DNA from: Nannocystis bainbridge
Lineage (GTDB): Bacteria; Myxococcota_A; Polyangia; Nannocystales; Nannocystaceae
Length of the DNA stretch: 64,000 nt
Assembly (NCBI RefSeq): GCF_028368995.1
Contig: NZ_JAQNDL010000003.1
Location: forward strand, 736,001 to 800,000
Direction of reading: 5' to 3'
In this document: piece by piece, positions 62,901 to 64,000 of the stretch
How the letters are laid out: each line of letters begins with the position of its first letter
How positions within the stretch are numbered: the stretch's first letter is position 1
Notes under the pieces: model-generated
Databases searched by the model: none
Told to the model about the DNA's origin: nothing
The model's input: the letters and a program-made list of their open reading frames with translations, nothing else
Program-made: the position numbers and the translations under genes

Positions 62901-63002
62901 GCTCTGATCGCCCGCTGCCGCGAGGGCCCCGCGGGCGCGCCTTACGTCGCCGAGCTCGCGGCCTGGTGCGCCTCGCTAGGCGGCAGGGCCCCTTGCGACT
63001 GA
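60000..63002 (+). CDS. Ser/Thr kinase with transmembrane segment and TPR repeats
   Basis: GSGGMGVVY, VALK, HRDFKPEN, DFG, GTPLYMAPEQ; LGxxHPxxA TPR repeats. Confidence 0.94.
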   Translation: MEESLRLRGIRLDHGAIEIQMARSQARARLFGRPAEPIRLGRFVVLRRVGSGGMGVVYEAYDPQLDRKVALKLLRSDVGGSAVLTSQLRLDELSAEARAMARLSHPNVVTVFDVGEVDGRVYIAMEYVAPPTLRGWLEAEPRSVAAIVAVMLEAGAGLAAAHRAGLVHRDFKPENVVVPSGEPVRVMDFGLARRLEPLFERLERSGMSALATREGVLTTQLAGTPLYMAPEQFHPGAIDVRADQWAFCATLFEALHGRPPFSLGERLLGSARLRLPTEARSGPIPPPLNAVLRRGLSFDPAQRFESMDALLECLRPSRRRSRAPLLGLAAAAVIAAVTAGLLGARPPVADPCPAREDRLRAAWSEADAAQLHARFAESGLAYAATSAERTAALFDRYGEEWIAAERLVCLLGRSGAEARVSERGACLDERLEALAVTRDELLEGAAGDLPLTVERSVSLATRLPPIRGCEQAQLVPTTDPLDRQARRRLSRHASRARARVQARRLDAAEAALVEARADGGSDHPESEAVLALLEAELALLRAQPERAHERLDRVIEVAGRERLVDLVAEAAVMQAEVEAGLRVNASVARDILRVARVALAVSDPGPQARGRLELVQARVEYDSSHFEAGRRATEAAIEAFTEAGARGRLKLSEGLQMLAIQTFGAGEYEQARAFAEQSEGLQLELLGASHPDLAKTALVLGAVDLVDGRGERAVAQFRRAAALQAESLGSEHPHVAQTLINLGNAYLELGEHAAALAEYERALAILQPVLGRDDPRVLACLANIGGSHRGLGEASRAEAVFREVIVRSRGLGEPGAATLSLALGNLARALHDQGRFAEAEDTYEEALVLRRSVFGDEHPKTAALYDDLGRFYIDTGRYRDATPLIERGKAIRSASFGAHHVEYARSEVSLGLLDLARGRSDEAIDRIDRALDRLERDGRAEARGDARLNLARALSQRGHPGDLERARALIARCREGPAGAPYVAELAAWCASLGGRAPCD

Positions 63003-64000
63003 ACGCGGGCGACGAGCACGCGACCGAGCGGGCTGCTGCCGATCCGCGCCACCACGTGCTCGATCAGCGGCCGCGCCACAGGGCAGGCAAAGCGGTGCGG
63101 TGCCTCGGGGGGGGCGTCGACCCGCTCGCTCGGAACCGCCTCGCCGAGATGGAGGCGGCTGCAAGCCTGACTGAAAGGACAGCTCTCGCAGGCGCCCATA
63201 CGCTCGCTGCGGGCGGCGAGGGTGCGGGCGTAAGCCGGAGCGGCAAAGCTGGCGACCGCACCAGGCTCGAAGAAATTGCCGATCCGTCCGGCGGGCGTGT
63301 AGCTGTCGCCGTAGGTATAGGTCTCGCCGTCGGTGTCGACCACCAGCGCCCACTCGCCGCGGCTCGGATCGTAGGCGAGGCCGGGCTCGCCGCGAAGGTA
63401 CCTGAGCGCCGTCCACACGTACTGGTCGATCGGCTCGACCGTGATCCTCCGCGGAGACGCCATCACCCGCTCTGCGAGCCGCAGCATCGCCTCGCGGACC
63501 TGGTCTTGGCGCAAGCCGAGGCCGTGGCAGCGACCCGCGCCCGCGTCGAAATCGAGGATCGGCAGGAGGCGGAAGTCGACGCCCTGCGCGTACCAGAAGT
63601 CGAAGATCGCGTCGACACGCGCGAGGTTGCCGCGGTGGAGGACGCTGATCCCGCCGAAGGGCACCCCCGCCGCGCGCAGACGCTCGAAGTTGCGGAGCAC
63701 CGCCTCGTGGCGCTCGCGGCCGGTGATGTCGACCCGGGCGCCGCCGACGACGTCGTGAGAGACGCCGACACCGACGCGGGTCTCGCGGAGCATCGCCAGG
63801 CTCGCCTCCGACAGGCGGACAAGGTTGGTCTGGAGCTCGACCCGGGTGCGCAGCGGCTCTCCGGCGAAGATCTCGTCGCGGAGCTCGAGGAGCTCGCGGA
63901 CCAGCGCCGGCGGCAGGAGCAGCGGCTCGCCGCCGTGAAGCACGAGGTGGAGGACCCGGGGCTGCGCCGGCAGCGTCCGCGCGTAGTCGCGGATGTTGAG
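62942..64000 (-). CDS. Radical SAM protein with partial SPASM-type C-terminus, 5' end beyond window
   Basis: Open to 64000; LHLVLHGGEPLLL, LQTNL, VSHDV, GGISVL, VVDTDGETY, IGNF, CESCPFSQAC...CPV; the CxxxCxxC motif is not in the window. Confidence 0.85.
   Translation of the reverse strand, partial: LNIRDYARTLPAQPRVLHLVLHGGEPLLLPPALVRELLELRDEIFAGEPLRTRVELQTNLVRLSEASLAMLRETRVGVGVSHDVVGGARVDITGRERHEAVLRNFERLRAAGVPFGGISVLHRGNLARVDAIFDFWYAQGVDFRLLPILDFDAGAGRCHGLGLRQDQVREAMLRLAERVMASPRRITVEPIDQYVWTALRYLRGEPGLAYDPSRGEWALVVDTDGETYTYGDSYTPAGRIGNFFEPGAVASFAAPAYARTLAARSERMGACESCPFSQACSRLHLGEAVPSERVDAPPEAPHRFACPVARPLIEHVVARIGSSPLGRVLVARVQSQGALPPSEAHQAASSAT

Overview
Very GC-rich DNA whose gene content points to a myxobacterium of the Nannocystis/Plesiocystis type (inference from Thr-rich lipoproteins, Cys-rich CGDG/CDDGN repeat proteins, Ser/Thr kinase-TPR genes and ECF sigma-kinase pairs). 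From left to right: the 3' end of a sigma70 gene, a pectinacetylesterase-family lipoprotein, an OBAP/DUF1264 protein, a kinase ending in a 3x60-bp repeat, secreted lipoproteins, a Tat-type haloacid dehalogenase, a BRCT-SMI1/KNR4 protein, a sulfatase and a CoA-transferase. Next come a CzcBA-type RND pump whose outer-membrane gene appears reduced to a 58-codon stub, two P-type ATPases and PEP synthase. A ~9 kb block (29.9-38.9 kb) holds small coupled Cys-rich genes, a MerR-like gene and a sigma-like/atypical kinase/secreted protein/lipoprotein operon. After it lie a group 3b [NiFe]-hydrogenase cluster with an internal cNMP-binding gene, a frameshifted hypF and no hypB; a di-haem peroxidase; a hemerythrin; a zone of gene remnants (SigZ-like, TPR-kinase, IS66, LysR, duplicated receiver); a divergent ECF/kinase pair; and a radical SAM gene cut by the window edge. 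No rRNA, full tRNA or CRISPR array was seen. The best candidates for undescribed biology are the 30-37 kb block, the putative low-oxygen/H2 island and the possible xenogeneic-silencer-like protein. All assignments are from motif recognition by eye; no searches were run.
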